The translations under genes were made by a program, and so were the position numbers. The notes beneath the pieces were generated by a model, which was not told the DNA's origin, made no database searches, and saw only the letters and a program-made list of their open reading frames with translations. Shown here in pieces: positions 16,635 through 25,606 of a stretch of DNA of 64,000 nucleotides. The DNA is from a virus (taxonomy: Duplodnaviria; Caudoviricetes): positions 624 to 64,623 of IMG/VR virus record IMGVR_UViG_3300022173_000064; one strand, 5' to 3'. The stretch's first letter is position 1. Every line of letters begins with the position of its first letter.

Positions 16635-17077
16635 CCGACGAGGGGCGCGGACTTTTGTTGGTCGCCGCGCTCTTGGTGGGCATTGGCTTCGTCGGCGGCC
16701 GGATGACCGCGCCTGTCCCGCCGGTGGAAGTGCGCTGTGTGACGATCGATGTGCCGTCTGCGGTTCCGGTTCCGCCGGTGGCTGTGGCTCCGATCGATCC
16801 CGTGCCGCCCGCCGAGCCGATCAATGCACCGGCCACGATCGATGCACCCGACGATGTCGCACCGCTGCCGACACCGCGGCCGAAAGTTGAAGCCAAGCCA
16901 AAACCAAAGCCCGAAAAGGCCGGCGCGAAGAAACCTCGCGCCGCCGTGAACCGGCAGCGAAAGCCGACCGCCAGGGAATGCGACCTGATGCGCAAGTCTG
17001 ATCGATCTACTGCCAAAGCCTGGAGCAGTTATTCCGCCGCTCAAATTGATCAAGCCTTTAGAGATTGCGGACTCTGA
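16631..17077 (+). CDS. Membrane-anchored Pro-rich protein (i-spanin-like candidate)
   Basis: GTGA overlap with lysin stop; N-terminal TM LLLVAALLVGIGFVGG, Pro-rich then basic region. Confidence 0.45.
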   Translation: MTDEGRGLLLVAALLVGIGFVGGRMTAPVPPVEVRCVTIDVPSAVPVPPVAVAPIDPVPPAEPINAPATIDAPDDVAPLPTPRPKVEAKPKPKPEKAGAKKPRAAVNRQRKPTARECDLMRKSDRSTAKAWSSYSAAQIDQAFRDCGL

Positions 17078-17108
17078 AATACATCTACCACCAACGAGGA
17101 GAACGACA

Positions 17109-17294
17109 GTGAACTTTCTGACCAACTGGAAAACCACCGGTAGCGGCATCATCATGATCGTGCTCGGCATCGGCGGGCTGCTCGGCATCAAGGGCGGTAC
17201 CGACCCCAGCGTAGCCGTCACGTCGATCGTGGGCGGCCTCGGCCTGATCTTTGCCAAGGACAAGAACGTCACGGGTGGCACCACGCGGCAGTGA
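17109..17294 (+). CDS. Small two-TM holin-like protein
   Basis: GAGGAG SD, GTG start; NWKTTGSGII..GLGLIFAKD; two TM segments, charged C-terminus. Confidence 0.55.
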   Translation: MNFLTNWKTTGSGIIMIVLGIGGLLGIKGGTDPSVAVTSIVGGLGLIFAKDKNVTGGTTRQ

Positions 17295-17331
17295 CGACAT
17301 CTGCGGCCAAGAGATAGGGTGGGAATTTGGA

Positions 17332-17652
17332 ATGTCGGATGATCCTGGATTACTGGTGCAGATCGGGGTGAGGCTGCAGGACTTGATCGCCGGCCTTATG
17401 GGCGGCGTGGTCAATGCGTTCGTTTTTAGCAGGTCCGACCCATGGTCCATCATTGGTTCCATGGTGGTGGGGGCGCTCACGGCGAATTACCTGAGCGATC
17501 CGATTGGCCGAATGATCGGAACGTCAGGGGGTGCCACCGCGTTCATCGTTGGTCTGGCCGGGATGGCCATTTGCCAAGGGATCGTGGAGGCTGCGAAGAA
17601 TTGGCACCCGACCAGCAAAGGAGCGTCCGATGTTACTCGACCGCCTACTTGA
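17332..17652 (+). CDS. Putative holin (about 3 TM)
   Basis: LIAGLMGGVV, MVVGALTANYL, AFIVGLAGM hydrophobic segments typical of holins; lysis cluster. Confidence 0.6.
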   Translation: MSDDPGLLVQIGVRLQDLIAGLMGGVVNAFVFSRSDPWSIIGSMVVGALTANYLSDPIGRMIGTSGGATAFIVGLAGMAICQGIVEAAKNWHPTSKGASDVTRPPT

Positions 17653-17992
17653 GGTTTCGCCAATGGCACAGGTTTTGTTCGTGCTTTCTGTCGCGTATGG
17701 CGTCGTGATTTCAATAGTTCTGATGCAATTGACGGAAAGTTCACAGTCCATTGCGGGGGACAATTATTTGATGAGATCCGCGCGGCGCGCATCCCTCGCA
17801 GCTGTTGCGATCGCCTTTTTGTGGTGCCTGAGTTATTCCGTCGCGAAAGATTGGGAACCGTGGCCGCCTATGGTTGGCTTGATCTGGGCATTTAATTTCA
17901 ACCTCACCATGCGAGCAATAACAACAAGGATGCGGGAGCGGGCGCTATCAAGATCGCATAAATCTGTTGTTTCGACCAATGGCGCACATTAG
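17630..17992 (+). CDS. Multi-TM membrane protein of lysis cluster
   Basis: AAGGAG SD; three hydrophobic segments; overlaps holin. Confidence 0.5.
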   Translation: MLLDRLLEVSPMAQVLFVLSVAYGVVISIVLMQLTESSQSIAGDNYLMRSARRASLAAVAIAFLWCLSYSVAKDWEPWPPMVGLIWAFNFNLTMRAITTRMRERALSRSHKSVVSTNGAH

Positions 17993-17994
17993 CG

Positions 17995-18384
17995 ATGCGG
18001 CTTTTTCTGGCTGTGGTTATGGCTTACTCCGCCATGATAGGCGTCATCAACGCCAGCACCTTCGGTGATCTTTGGCTAACCAGAATCAAGCCTGAGCCGC
18101 ACGGCGGGATAGCTACCCAATTCACAGACCGGATCGGGGCATGGGGAAACCGGATCAAGCCAGGGTCTTTTGTCTGCGCTCACCTTCTTGAACCACGAGG
18201 CCAGCGCCTGCGCGTGACCAATATCGCGAATGGCCGATCGGCCGTCTGCGAAGTCCAAGACCGTGGTCCGGATCGGCACAAAAGGTTTTGGCCCCGCCGC
18301 GAAATCGACATGACGCCAGCGGTTAATCTGGCGATAGGTTGCGGGGGGTATTGTCGCGTAACGATCGAGAGGATGAAGAAATGA
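17995..18384 (+). CDS. Secreted RlpA-like DPBB lytic transglycosylase-like protein
   Basis: Signal peptide; CAH..LRVTNIANGRSAVCEVQDRGP..REIDMT RlpA signature. Confidence 0.7.
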   Translation: MRLFLAVVMAYSAMIGVINASTFGDLWLTRIKPEPHGGIATQFTDRIGAWGNRIKPGSFVCAHLLEPRGQRLRVTNIANGRSAVCEVQDRGPDRHKRFWPRREIDMTPAVNLAIGCGGYCRVTIERMKK

Positions 18385-18587
18385 AATTTCTGATGCTCTT
18401 GGCCCTTAGTGCCACGCCGGGCGCGGGAGAAAACCCGGTCCGGCTTAATTCGATGTTCTGCGAAATCGTCAATGGATATGTCGATATATACGGAGAGAAG
18501 GCTGCGGCGACTTGGGCCAAATCTCACAAGTGGAGCGCGGCCAGAATTGCCGAAGCAAAAGGGTGTCGCGGGGTCAGATCGTCCTGA
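18381..18587 (+). CDS. Small secreted hypothetical protein
   Basis: ATGA overlap, hydrophobic N-terminus, two Cys. Confidence 0.45.
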   Translation: MKFLMLLALSATPGAGENPVRLNSMFCEIVNGYVDIYGEKAAATWAKSHKWSAARIAEAKGCRGVRSS

Positions 18588-18622
18588 TGTCGTCTATTCA
18601 AGCGCTGTTTGGCCAACAGTGG

Positions 18623-18856
18623 TTATGTGAGGCTACCCCAAGTCTTGCAGCCCGGCGCGTGCAGAACGCTGCCGTAGCAGCACCTGGGCGGCGGTTCGAC
18701 GATCTTCCCCGCGTCGTCTAGCTCAACCACTTCGAAGCCGTTGCCGCGCGCCCGCAGCGCCGTCCGTTGCGGCTTTCGGATAGGGCCGCAGATCGCCGCG
18801 AACAGTTCGGCCTCCATCTGCTTGGCCAGCTTTTGCATGATGTCGGCCATTGTCAT
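18623..18856 (-). CDS. Hypothetical protein
   Basis: GGAGG SD; last gene of leftward operon. Confidence 0.45.
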   Translation of the reverse strand: MTMADIMQKLAKQMEAELFAAICGPIRKPQRTALRARGNGFEVVELDDAGKIVEPPPRCCYGSVLHAPGCKTWGSLT

Positions 18857-18893
18857 CCTCCGTGTTCGCTTAAGACTTGTGCGGCGTTTCAGT

Positions 18894-18912
18894 TGTCAAG
18901 GATTCCTTGACA
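18894..18912. promoter_or_regulatory. Perfect palindrome TGTCAAGG-ATT-CCTTGACA (back-to-back TTGACA)
   Basis: 8-bp arms in an intergenic gap; possible operator/promoter. Confidence 0.45.
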
Positions 18913-18924
18913 GGTGGTGGCTGT

Positions 18925-19173
18925 TTAGGAGCCGCGAAGTGCGGCCAGCACCTCGTCCGGCCCAGTGGTTCGCTCAAGAATTTCCTCGGTCAGTTCGACG
19001 TAGCGATCAATCGCAGCCAGCGGCGTCAACGGCGAACCATAGATCACGCTGCGGCCGAGCAACAGAAACTCGGTCCCGTTCGGATCGGTCCCGCGCCAAA
19101 GCCGGTACTTGCCTGGGTCGCCCGAGATCGTGACGCCGACGCCGGTATCCTCGATTGTCAGCTTTAACGGCAT
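18925..19173 (-). CDS. Hypothetical protein
   Basis: GGGAG SD; compact ORF in leftward operon. Confidence 0.5.
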   Translation of the reverse strand: MPLKLTIEDTGVGVTISGDPGKYRLWRGTDPNGTEFLLLGRSVIYGSPLTPLAAIDRYVELTEEILERTTGPDEVLAALRGS

Positions 19174-19186
19174 GGTGTCTCCCTGT

Positions 19187-19405
19187 TTAGGACTGAGGGT
19201 GCGCGGCTAGCGCCGCCTCTGCTGCTTTTAGGTCGGCGTCGAATCCAGACTCCCAGCTACTATTGGGCATCACGCCTTGCTTGCGGATTACGAATAGGGC
19301 GAGTTTTGCTGCCCTTATAGCTGCCTCCAAGCCATCTCGTTTTCGTTCAACCTCTGCCAGTATCACCCCTCGGTGATCGTGGGCGTCACCCGCGTAGTCG
19401 GCCAA
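19187..19405 (-). CDS. Hypothetical helical protein (start uncertain)
   Basis: Amphipathic LEAAIRAAKLAL..DLKAAEAAL pattern. Confidence 0.4.
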   Translation of the reverse strand: MADYAGDAHDHRGVILAEVERKRDGLEAAIRAAKLALFVIRKQGVMPNSSWESGFDADLKAAEAALAAHPQS

Positions 19406-19537
19406 CCACTCGCCCGGCGCCCTTCGTGCTGTCCTCGGCCCGCTGATGGGCGGACTTGATTTGTTCGATTGTCTGCATTTTTGCTCAACCTGACTGTGTT
19501 CTCTGGGCCAATTGTAAACCGCTCATGCACTGCCTGC

Positions 19538-19738
19538 TCAAGACCGGGGACGCGATTTATCCATGTGCATCGTGTCGTCATCATCCAGTCGGTCGAAAAA
19601 GGCCCTAACGTCCTCAATCGAGAGGTCGGCGGGGAGGCCAAGAGATTTTGGCGGTCGCGTCGCGCCACAGCGCGCACAGTGGCTTACTATGCCAGTAAAG
19701 AACGAATGCGTGTGAGTGCAGATCATGTTCTCCTCCAT
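19538..19738 (-). CDS. Small Zn-binding-like protein
   Basis: CTHTH..HCARCG motif; GGAG SD. Confidence 0.45.
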   Translation of the reverse strand: MEENMICTHTHSFFTGIVSHCARCGATRPPKSLGLPADLSIEDVRAFFDRLDDDDTMHMDKSRPRS

Positions 19739-20017
19739 GGTGTTCGGTCAGCAGTCAGTAACACGCGCGACGGTAGGCCTGGTGCGGAGCCGGCTTGTTT
19801 GCCGGGAATGGTCGCTTCATCTTCCGTGGCGTCCGGCGCTGCTCTGCTAGCCAAAATTCCGTAGGGTCTGGCAGCAAATTGAAGTCGAACGTAGGCTCTC
19901 GCACATAGCTCAGAACTATCATCTGGCGCGGACAGTTCGGATTCCAGCACTGCAAAGCGGGGCATCCCGTCGAGCAACCAATATCGAAGCTCGTTGTGGT
20001 GCCGCCGCTCCAAAGCA

Positions 20018-20203
20018 TCATCCTCGATCTCCATTCGGAAGTGAAACTGCTTCAACGAGCACCATACGCGACCACGCCCCATCGATCAGTTCATAGACCC
20101 CGGCGTCTGTCGCAACGAGAACTCGCTCCTTGAAGTTGAGCATAGAAACGATCCGCTCGGCTCCAGGCGGGAATGGCATTGCTCGGAATGCTGGCTGTGT
20201 CAT
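20018..20203 (-). CDS. Hypothetical protein
   Basis: Coupled ORF; RVLVATDAGVYEL beta-rich motif. Confidence 0.45.
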   Translation of the reverse strand: MTQPAFRAMPFPPGAERIVSMLNFKERVLVATDAGVYELIDGAWSRMVLVEAVSLPNGDRG

Positions 20204-20219
20204 GCTCGATTCCTACTGA

Positions 20220-20534
20220 TCAGCGCTGGAGACGGATATCGGCGGCAACGTCGTCAGGATAGCCGACCGCACGATAAGTGATCTTGTGGCCGTCCTGGCA
20301 GAGCGCGTCGGCGATCTGCTCCAGCATGTAGCCGCCAAGCGCTTTCGTGAGGGCTGGGCTGGCGTAGGCTTTGACGGCGGCCCATTTGACTTGCTGCCGG
20401 GCGCCCCACATCTGCGCCTCCCAGAGCTTGCAGCCGCCCATCCCGGACCGGTTGAAGTCGGTAGCCGTCGCGAGCACGTCGCCATCCGGCGCCGTCATGA
20501 TGGCGATAATTCCCTGCGGTTCCTTGTCGCTCAC
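20220..20534 (-). CDS. Hypothetical protein
   Basis: AAAGGAG SD; GTGA coupling with upstream frame. Confidence 0.5.
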   Translation of the reverse strand: MSDKEPQGIIAIMTAPDGDVLATATDFNRSGMGGCKLWEAQMWGARQQVKWAAVKAYASPALTKALGGYMLEQIADALCQDGHKITYRAVGYPDDVAADIRLQR

Positions 20535-20751
20535 TTGCGCTCTCCTTTGGATAGTGCGGACAACTCCGCGACGGACTGGCCGATAGCCTTTTCCAGCCGG
20601 CGGCGCTGATCGGCGTCGGTGGACTTGGCCAGGTTCTCAAGCTGTTCGAGGAGGTTCGAGCAGCGGTGCCCGGCCGGGTATCGGCGCCGAGTTCCTTGCG
20701 GAGTTTGAGCAGCGACGTGCGGGCGGCCGGAATGTCAAAATCGTTAGTCAC
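20531..20751 (-). pseudogene. Small protein with apparent 1-bp frameshift
   Basis: Adding one base at the GGG run 20676-20678 gives ..KELGADTPAGHRCSNLLEQLENLAK..KGERK* whose stop overlaps the next start (GTGA). Confidence 0.55.
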
Positions 20752-20754
20752 TTT

Positions 20755-21063
20755 TCACCTCGGCCCGTTAACCGGATGTGATGCCGGAGCCCACGGCTCC
20801 CGACGCAGGTCCGCCAGAGCGCCGACCTTTCGCTCAATCCGCTCCAGTCCGGCTAGGAGTGGATTGTAAGCCGCGCAAAGCCGGATCGAAAGTATTTCCG
20901 ATACTGCGGCGCGAAGCAGGGCCTCCTCATATTGGAGGCGCGGCCGGGGCGCGATGCTGTTGAGGCGCAGGTCGGCGAATGCCTCGCTAACGGTCTTGCG
21001 CCAGTTGTCGCGAGCGGTTCCGATGGTGACCAGTCCAACAGTCTGACCATGCTGGTATTTCAT
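20755..21063 (-). CDS. Hypothetical protein
   Basis: ATGA coupling with upstream ORF. Confidence 0.45.
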   Translation of the reverse strand: MKYQHGQTVGLVTIGTARDNWRKTVSEAFADLRLNSIAPRPRLQYEEALLRAAVSEILSIRLCAAYNPLLAGLERIERKVGALADLRREPWAPASHPVNGPR

Positions 21064-21275
21064 GAGACGTCCCCCCTCTTGAATGGCAAAGATTCCACGA
21101 ACGCGGCCCGGTGCTGCGAAACCAAGGCGCTGATATTGTCCCGGCGCATGCCTGCAGCTTTGAGCGATGCGGTGAATACGACCTCGGAGAACTCACCCGC
21201 GCGCCATCTGGCGACAAGGCCTGCGACTTTCTCAGATCGTTCCTCGGGATCGTGGGTCATGAACGCCCCTTCCAC
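21060..21275 (-). CDS. Hypothetical protein
   Basis: Coupled small ORF in leftward operon. Confidence 0.45.
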   Translation of the reverse strand: MEGAFMTHDPEERSEKVAGLVARWRAGEFSEVVFTASLKAAGMRRDNISALVSQHRAAFVESLPFKRGDVS

Positions 21276-21565
21276 ACAGCCAAATCCCGACGATATTTCT
21301 TCGCTGCCAGCATCGCCGCGGCGCGCGTGATCGACTGCTCAGCGTTCACGTCGCTGTCCGGAATATCCATCCGCCGGAAGGCCGGGTCGTCGATCGGCCC
21401 GAACTTTGCCACCAAGCCATCGCGGGACAGGTCCAGCAGCACTCGCTTGATGGTGTTGCGAGAATATTGATCCATCAAGGCGTACACCTGCTTGGACGTG
21501 ACCCAGGCTGGCGGCAGCGGCATCGCCCGTAGAACCGCCAGCTTCATTTGGTCGGCCGCCGTCAT
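21257..21565 (-). CDS. Putative winged-helix DNA-binding protein
   Basis: VTSKQVYALM..SRNTIKRVLLDLSRDGLVAK wHTH-like pattern. Confidence 0.5.
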   Translation of the reverse strand: MTAADQMKLAVLRAMPLPPAWVTSKQVYALMDQYSRNTIKRVLLDLSRDGLVAKFGPIDDPAFRRMDIPDSDVNAEQSITRAAAMLAAKKYRRDLAVWKGRS

Positions 21566-21918
21566 GCTCCAGGCGCGATCATTGGACGGTCGATCCTGAT
21601 TTCCGCGCGATCGACGCCCATGACCTCGCGCGCGCAGTCCTGCCAGCCCTGCAGGCGACCATAGGACCGCTCGACATCACTAAGGCGCTGGGCAGTCAGA
21701 ATATGCTGCATGCCGTAATTGTGGTGATCCGATTTTAATTTGGTGCATTCCTCCATGTAGGAATCGCGTTGCCGCACCAACTCAGCACACCGCTGAGTGA
21801 GATTATGCACGTCCCGACGCAGGTTTCCGATGGTGATGCCCGCCGGCTCACCCCTTGGCTTGCGCGGCGGGCTAACTCGCGCGGGCTTCCTTGTCTTTGG
21901 CATCGAAGTATTCTCCAA
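21562..21918 (-). CDS. Coiled-coil hypothetical protein
   Basis: Basic N-terminus and heptad region; coupled to neighbours. Confidence 0.45.
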   Translation of the reverse strand: MENTSMPKTRKPARVSPPRKPRGEPAGITIGNLRRDVHNLTQRCAELVRQRDSYMEECTKLKSDHHNYGMQHILTAQRLSDVERSYGRLQGWQDCAREVMGVDRAEIRIDRPMIAPGA

Positions 21919-22687
21919 TCTGTCGTTCGAGGGATTTTCGGGTCTCGGTTCGGACTTTCAGGTCCAGACGCATTTTCTGATGCACGGGACCGTTGAAATA
22001 ATCGAATGCGGCGTGGCGCGCGTCGGCTGGCTGCTTCTTGAGCCACGACAGGCACGCCGCGACATACTCCGCCTCGTTGGTGGGAGCCGAGCGGGGCGGA
22101 CTACCGGGTTCCTTCCCCTCATCCGCCCGCGCCGCTGCTTCACCCCCTTTCGGTGGATCGGACGCCTCGGCCTGCGGCGTGGTGGCCTTGGCGTCCGATT
22201 TCTTGGCCCGGCTGGCGCGCGGCTTCGGCGCCGGGTCCGGCGTGTTGTCGACGCCGACCATGGCCTCGATCTCGGATTTCAGCACATTGCGATCCATCCC
22301 CGGCAGGAACTTCATTACCACGACGTCGGTCACTCGCCGGAGCAGACGAACCCAGGTATCCGCGCTCAGCCCGGAGATCGACTTCGGCTTGACCTCGGTC
22401 TTGTTGCGAAGGCTGTCGACGATCACCTTGAAATGCCTCGCCTCGAGCAGGATACGGTCGGCGCAATCCTGTTTGTCCAGAAACCCGTCCGGCGAGTTTT
22501 CGGTGACCTTGCCGACCAGCGCCCAGAAGAATTTCAGATATTTCAAATTCGCTGGGACGGTGCATTCGGCCTTGACGTCGGCATCCATCGGGAGGCTGGA
22601 AAACTCCTCGCGAAATACCTCGGTGTCGAGGAATAGCCCGATCTCGCCGGGTTGCGCCTTGCGCTTCTTGAAAACGATCTCAACCAT
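21872..22687 (-). CDS. NinB/DUF1367-like recombination accessory protein with disordered C-terminal half
   Basis: NLKYLKFFWALVG..KPKSIS pattern resembles NinB-type proteins; lies just downstream of recT. Confidence 0.45.
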   Translation of the reverse strand: MVEIVFKKRKAQPGEIGLFLDTEVFREEFSSLPMDADVKAECTVPANLKYLKFFWALVGKVTENSPDGFLDKQDCADRILLEARHFKVIVDSLRNKTEVKPKSISGLSADTWVRLLRRVTDVVVMKFLPGMDRNVLKSEIEAMVGVDNTPDPAPKPRASRAKKSDAKATTPQAEASDPPKGGEAAARADEGKEPGSPPRSAPTNEAEYVAACLSWLKKQPADARHAAFDYFNGPVHQKMRLDLKVRTETRKSLERQIGEYFDAKDKEARAS

Positions 22688-22820
22688 GGGGTTTGCTTTC
22701 GCACGCGCGGCATTCGATGCGGCGCTGTTCGACTGGGCACTGGAATGATTGGCCGCATTTGACGCATAGCGTCGTAACGTACCGCTCGCCGGCGAGCCAT
22801 TTTCCGTTACTGCTCGGCAT
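22680..22820 (-). CDS. 46-aa Zn-ribbon protein (below ORF-track cutoff)
   Basis: MPSSNGKWLAGERYVTTLCVKCGQSFQCPVEQRRIECRACESKPHG*; fills the recT gap exactly and its stop overlaps the next ATG (ATGGTTGA). Confidence 0.6.
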   Translation of the reverse strand: MPSSNGKWLAGERYVTTLCVKCGQSFQCPVEQRRIECRACESKPHG

Positions 22821-22822
22821 GG

Positions 22823-23953
22823 CTACTCATCCGCGTTCAAAATGTTGATCCGGCGCGTGTAGGCGTCGGTCAGATCCGAAAAATCCGACGGGAACACGGT
22901 TTCGCGGTGCGGCTCAATCTCCTCGTTGAAAAACGATTCCAGCGCGCCGCCGTCATCGGATTTGGTGATCTGATCCAGAGCCCAAGAGAACCAGCCATCG
23001 TACTCGTTTTCGATGCTCGGCACGCCGGCGCGCTTGGCCTTCGGCGGCGGGCCCGAGGAGATCGGGTCGGCCTTGGCGCCGGACACGTCCACCACGTCGC
23101 CGGGGCGGTACTTGTCGGAGCCGTGGTCGGGATCGTCGCGGCCCTCCGGCGGCTCGGGCGAATTCTCGATTTCGGCCGGGCTTGGGACGCGCAGCCGCGG
23201 CGGCATCGGCTCGATCGTGTGGGCGTCGACATGCTCAGCCTCGTCCTCGATCTGGATGGCGCGCACGAGCTCGGGGGATTGATCCTGCCGCTTCATCAAG
23301 CGGCGGAGCGCCGTCTTTTTCGACATCTCGGACTCGTCGGTCGCCCACGGGGTCGATTTGATCTTGCCTTCCTTGAACGCCTTCCATGCGTCGGATCGAT
23401 CGCGGATATCCTGGCACTGCTTGACCGACATCGGCTCGAAATCGAACGTGCCGTCCTTGAATGCGACGAGCGCAACATAGCCGATGATATCGCCGCGATC
23501 GCCGAACAGTTTTGGCCTGTGGTGAAATACCTTCGGGAATCCCAAGTCACACTCTACGTCATCCAGCGCGTGGACCTCGTGAGCATAGATGCCGGCCACG
23601 TTGCCGGCCTGCCGGGCGAGTTTGTTCATTCCCTTGTAGCCGACGCGCAGCTGCGGTTCTACCTTGCGGGTTTTGTAGTTGTAGGCCGTGACGATGTAGC
23701 CTTCGCCGAGCAATGGATCGAGCAACAGCCCGAGGCCGGCGGCCTTCGACACTTCACGGAAGATCAGGCGCGGGTCGAAGTCCATCAGGGACGGATTCGC
23801 CATCAGCGCATTGACGAGGTTTCGCTCGAACACGGCGGGTTTGATGTGCGTCGGGAGCGACTGATACAGGTCGCGGGCGCGCTCCGGCGGAAGCACCTGC
23901 ACCCGGTATTCGTCCAGCCTCGACGGGCGCTCGGCTATGGTAACTTGGTTCAT
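22823..23953 (-). CDS. recT: RecT-family single-strand annealing recombinase
   Basis: AAGLGLLLDPLLGEGYIV..QLRVGYKGMNKLARQAG..W..D..EMSKKTALRRLMK motifs; GGAGG SD. Confidence 0.88.
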   Translation of the reverse strand: MNQVTIAERPSRLDEYRVQVLPPERARDLYQSLPTHIKPAVFERNLVNALMANPSLMDFDPRLIFREVSKAAGLGLLLDPLLGEGYIVTAYNYKTRKVEPQLRVGYKGMNKLARQAGNVAGIYAHEVHALDDVECDLGFPKVFHHRPKLFGDRGDIIGYVALVAFKDGTFDFEPMSVKQCQDIRDRSDAWKAFKEGKIKSTPWATDESEMSKKTALRRLMKRQDQSPELVRAIQIEDEAEHVDAHTIEPMPPRLRVPSPAEIENSPEPPEGRDDPDHGSDKYRPGDVVDVSGAKADPISSGPPPKAKRAGVPSIENEYDGWFSWALDQITKSDDGGALESFFNEEIEPHRETVFPSDFSDLTDAYTRRINILNADE

Positions 23954-23976
23954 CGGTCGTCCTCCAATGTCGCGCC

Positions 23977-24006
23977 AATATGGCGCAACGCAATTCGTAA
24001 TGTCAA
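23977..24006 (-). promoter_or_regulatory. Putative promoter TTGACA-N18-CATATT upstream of recT
   Basis: Minus-strand hexamers in intergenic gap. Confidence 0.45.
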
Positions 24007-24015
24007 TCGGATTGT

Positions 24016-24240
24016 TTACCCGCCGAACGGCAGGTGTTTTTTATTTTCTTGGTGCCGCGCAACGCACATCCGGACACGCTCCACAATTCGGAGGTCAAAG
24101 CATTGGGTGCTGGTCGGGTCCGTGCGAAACTCGGCGTCGATCAGGTCAAGCAATTCCATCGCTTCTTTCCGGTTCGTTATGTCATCCTCAATGGCGCGTT
24201 CCGTGCGGGCATTGTACCGCAGTTCCGTCCGGTCCCTCAT
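24016..24240 (-). CDS. Hypothetical protein
   Basis: ATGA coupling; DLIDAEFRTDP..CFDLRIV. Confidence 0.5.
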   Translation of the reverse strand: MRDRTELRYNARTERAIEDDITNRKEAMELLDLIDAEFRTDPTSTQCFDLRIVERVRMCVARHQENKKHLPFGG

Positions 24241-25274
24241 CGAACAACACTCCTCTCCTCGGTGGTAGCGCCCGGAACCTGGATGCCGGCCCGGATGGCT
24301 TTCTGCGCCAGCGTGGTCAGCAGCGCGACCAGATCGGGGTTGCCCTTGAATTGGGCAAAGACCTTTTCCTCGTCGATCGCGGTGACGAACGTCTCGCCCT
24401 TGACGCTGGCCGCGCGCCCGGCGCCGCCCCTGATCTGGGCAGCCGGCGGCGGGACGTTCGATTTGGCCGGTTCCGGCGGTGGCGGGGCGGGCTCGTTGGC
24501 TTTGGCGGCCGCCGCGACCTGTTCGGCATGCTCCCGCGCGGCCTTCTCAGCGGCCTCCGCAGCGAGCTTGGCGGCCTTGCGCTTCTCGTCCTCCCAAGCC
24601 CCCATGGCCGTCCGCAGCGTCCCGGCGGCGGCGTCCGCGTCGTCCCGGAGCGGGAACCAGACCTCCCGCAGCTTTTTCTGCTGTTCCAGCAACGGCCGGT
24701 TCGCCGCCTCGTAATGCTTCCCGGCCTCCGAGCGCAGGTCCAGAAACCGGTTCTGCAGGGACCGCGCCTTGGACGCCAGTTCGTCCGAATCGATGGCGGC
24801 ATATTTGGGCAGAAGCGCCTTGGCCTCGGCTATGCCAGCCGCGACCTTGGTCGACGGTTGTGCGTCCTCCTCGGCGTTGCGGCGGTCGTCCTCGGCAATG
24901 AATGCCTGCTCTGTCGCAGCCTCAGCCCCGGGGTTGCGCTTGGCCTTCGGCTTCTCCTCATGACTGTCCGGCCATTGGGCGCCCTGCTCCGCGACCGCCC
25001 GGTACGTCTCCTCGCTGATCGGATATGCCGCACAGTAGGACCAAATCTCGTTGATCTTGTCGCGGTCGGTGATGGCGTCGCCGCCGACTACCGCCGCGAG
25101 CTCGGCCTGGTTCATGAAGATCGCCACCGGCGACCAGCCGACCCGCTTGCGGGCTTTGTTCTCCTGCTTTTCGTAGACCCCGCGCCGGTAAAATCCCGGC
25201 TGCGGGTCGTCGACGAACATCTTCGGCTTCTCGCCGGCGAGCGCGGCCTTCCAGTAGGCGTATGGATTGGTCAT
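24237..25274 (-). CDS. Conserved phage early protein, coiled-coil (Gam/Gp157-like region possible)
   Basis: YWKAALAG..PQPGFYR N-terminus, long heptad region, IRAGIQVPGA C-terminus. Confidence 0.5.
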   Translation of the reverse strand: MTNPYAYWKAALAGEKPKMFVDDPQPGFYRRGVYEKQENKARKRVGWSPVAIFMNQAELAAVVGGDAITDRDKINEIWSYCAAYPISEETYRAVAEQGAQWPDSHEEKPKAKRNPGAEAATEQAFIAEDDRRNAEEDAQPSTKVAAGIAEAKALLPKYAAIDSDELASKARSLQNRFLDLRSEAGKHYEAANRPLLEQQKKLREVWFPLRDDADAAAGTLRTAMGAWEDEKRKAAKLAAEAAEKAAREHAEQVAAAAKANEPAPPPPEPAKSNVPPPAAQIRGGAGRAASVKGETFVTAIDEEKVFAQFKGNPDLVALLTTLAQKAIRAGIQVPGATTEERSVVR

Positions 25275-25552
25275 TTTTCGTCCTTCGATATGATGATCGG
25301 CGCCATCGGCTGGGCTTTCATCGCGGTCATGGATTGATCGAAATAGTGGGTGGCGACCGATTGGTGAACGTGTTGCTGGGTCATCACCATGTCTCGGAAC
25401 AGGCTCATCAGTTCGCCTGTGAATTCCCAGCGCTCGCGCGGATTATCCGGCGACCATCGCTTTACGAAAACCTCGGCGCGCTGCGCAAAGATGGTGTGAT
25501 CGCGTTCGTTTTTGAGTGCAGCGAGCATATCAGCATCACGCATTGTCGATTT
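25271..25552 (-). CDS. Hypothetical protein
   Basis: AAGGGA SD; ATGA coupling downstream. Confidence 0.45.
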   Translation of the reverse strand, partial: KSTMRDADMLAALKNERDHTIFAQRAEVFVKRWSPDNPRERWEFTGELMSLFRDMVMTQQHVHQSVATHYFDQSMTAMKAQPMAPIIISKDEK

Positions 25553-25606
25553 CCCTTTTTTCGATCCGCGCCAGTTCCGCCTCAAGCAGGCATTCCAGCG
25601 CGCCGA

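Noticed and set aside
22907-25337. Long plus-strand ORFs 22907-24268 and 23937-25337
   Set aside because: Shadows of recT and the 345-aa early gene.
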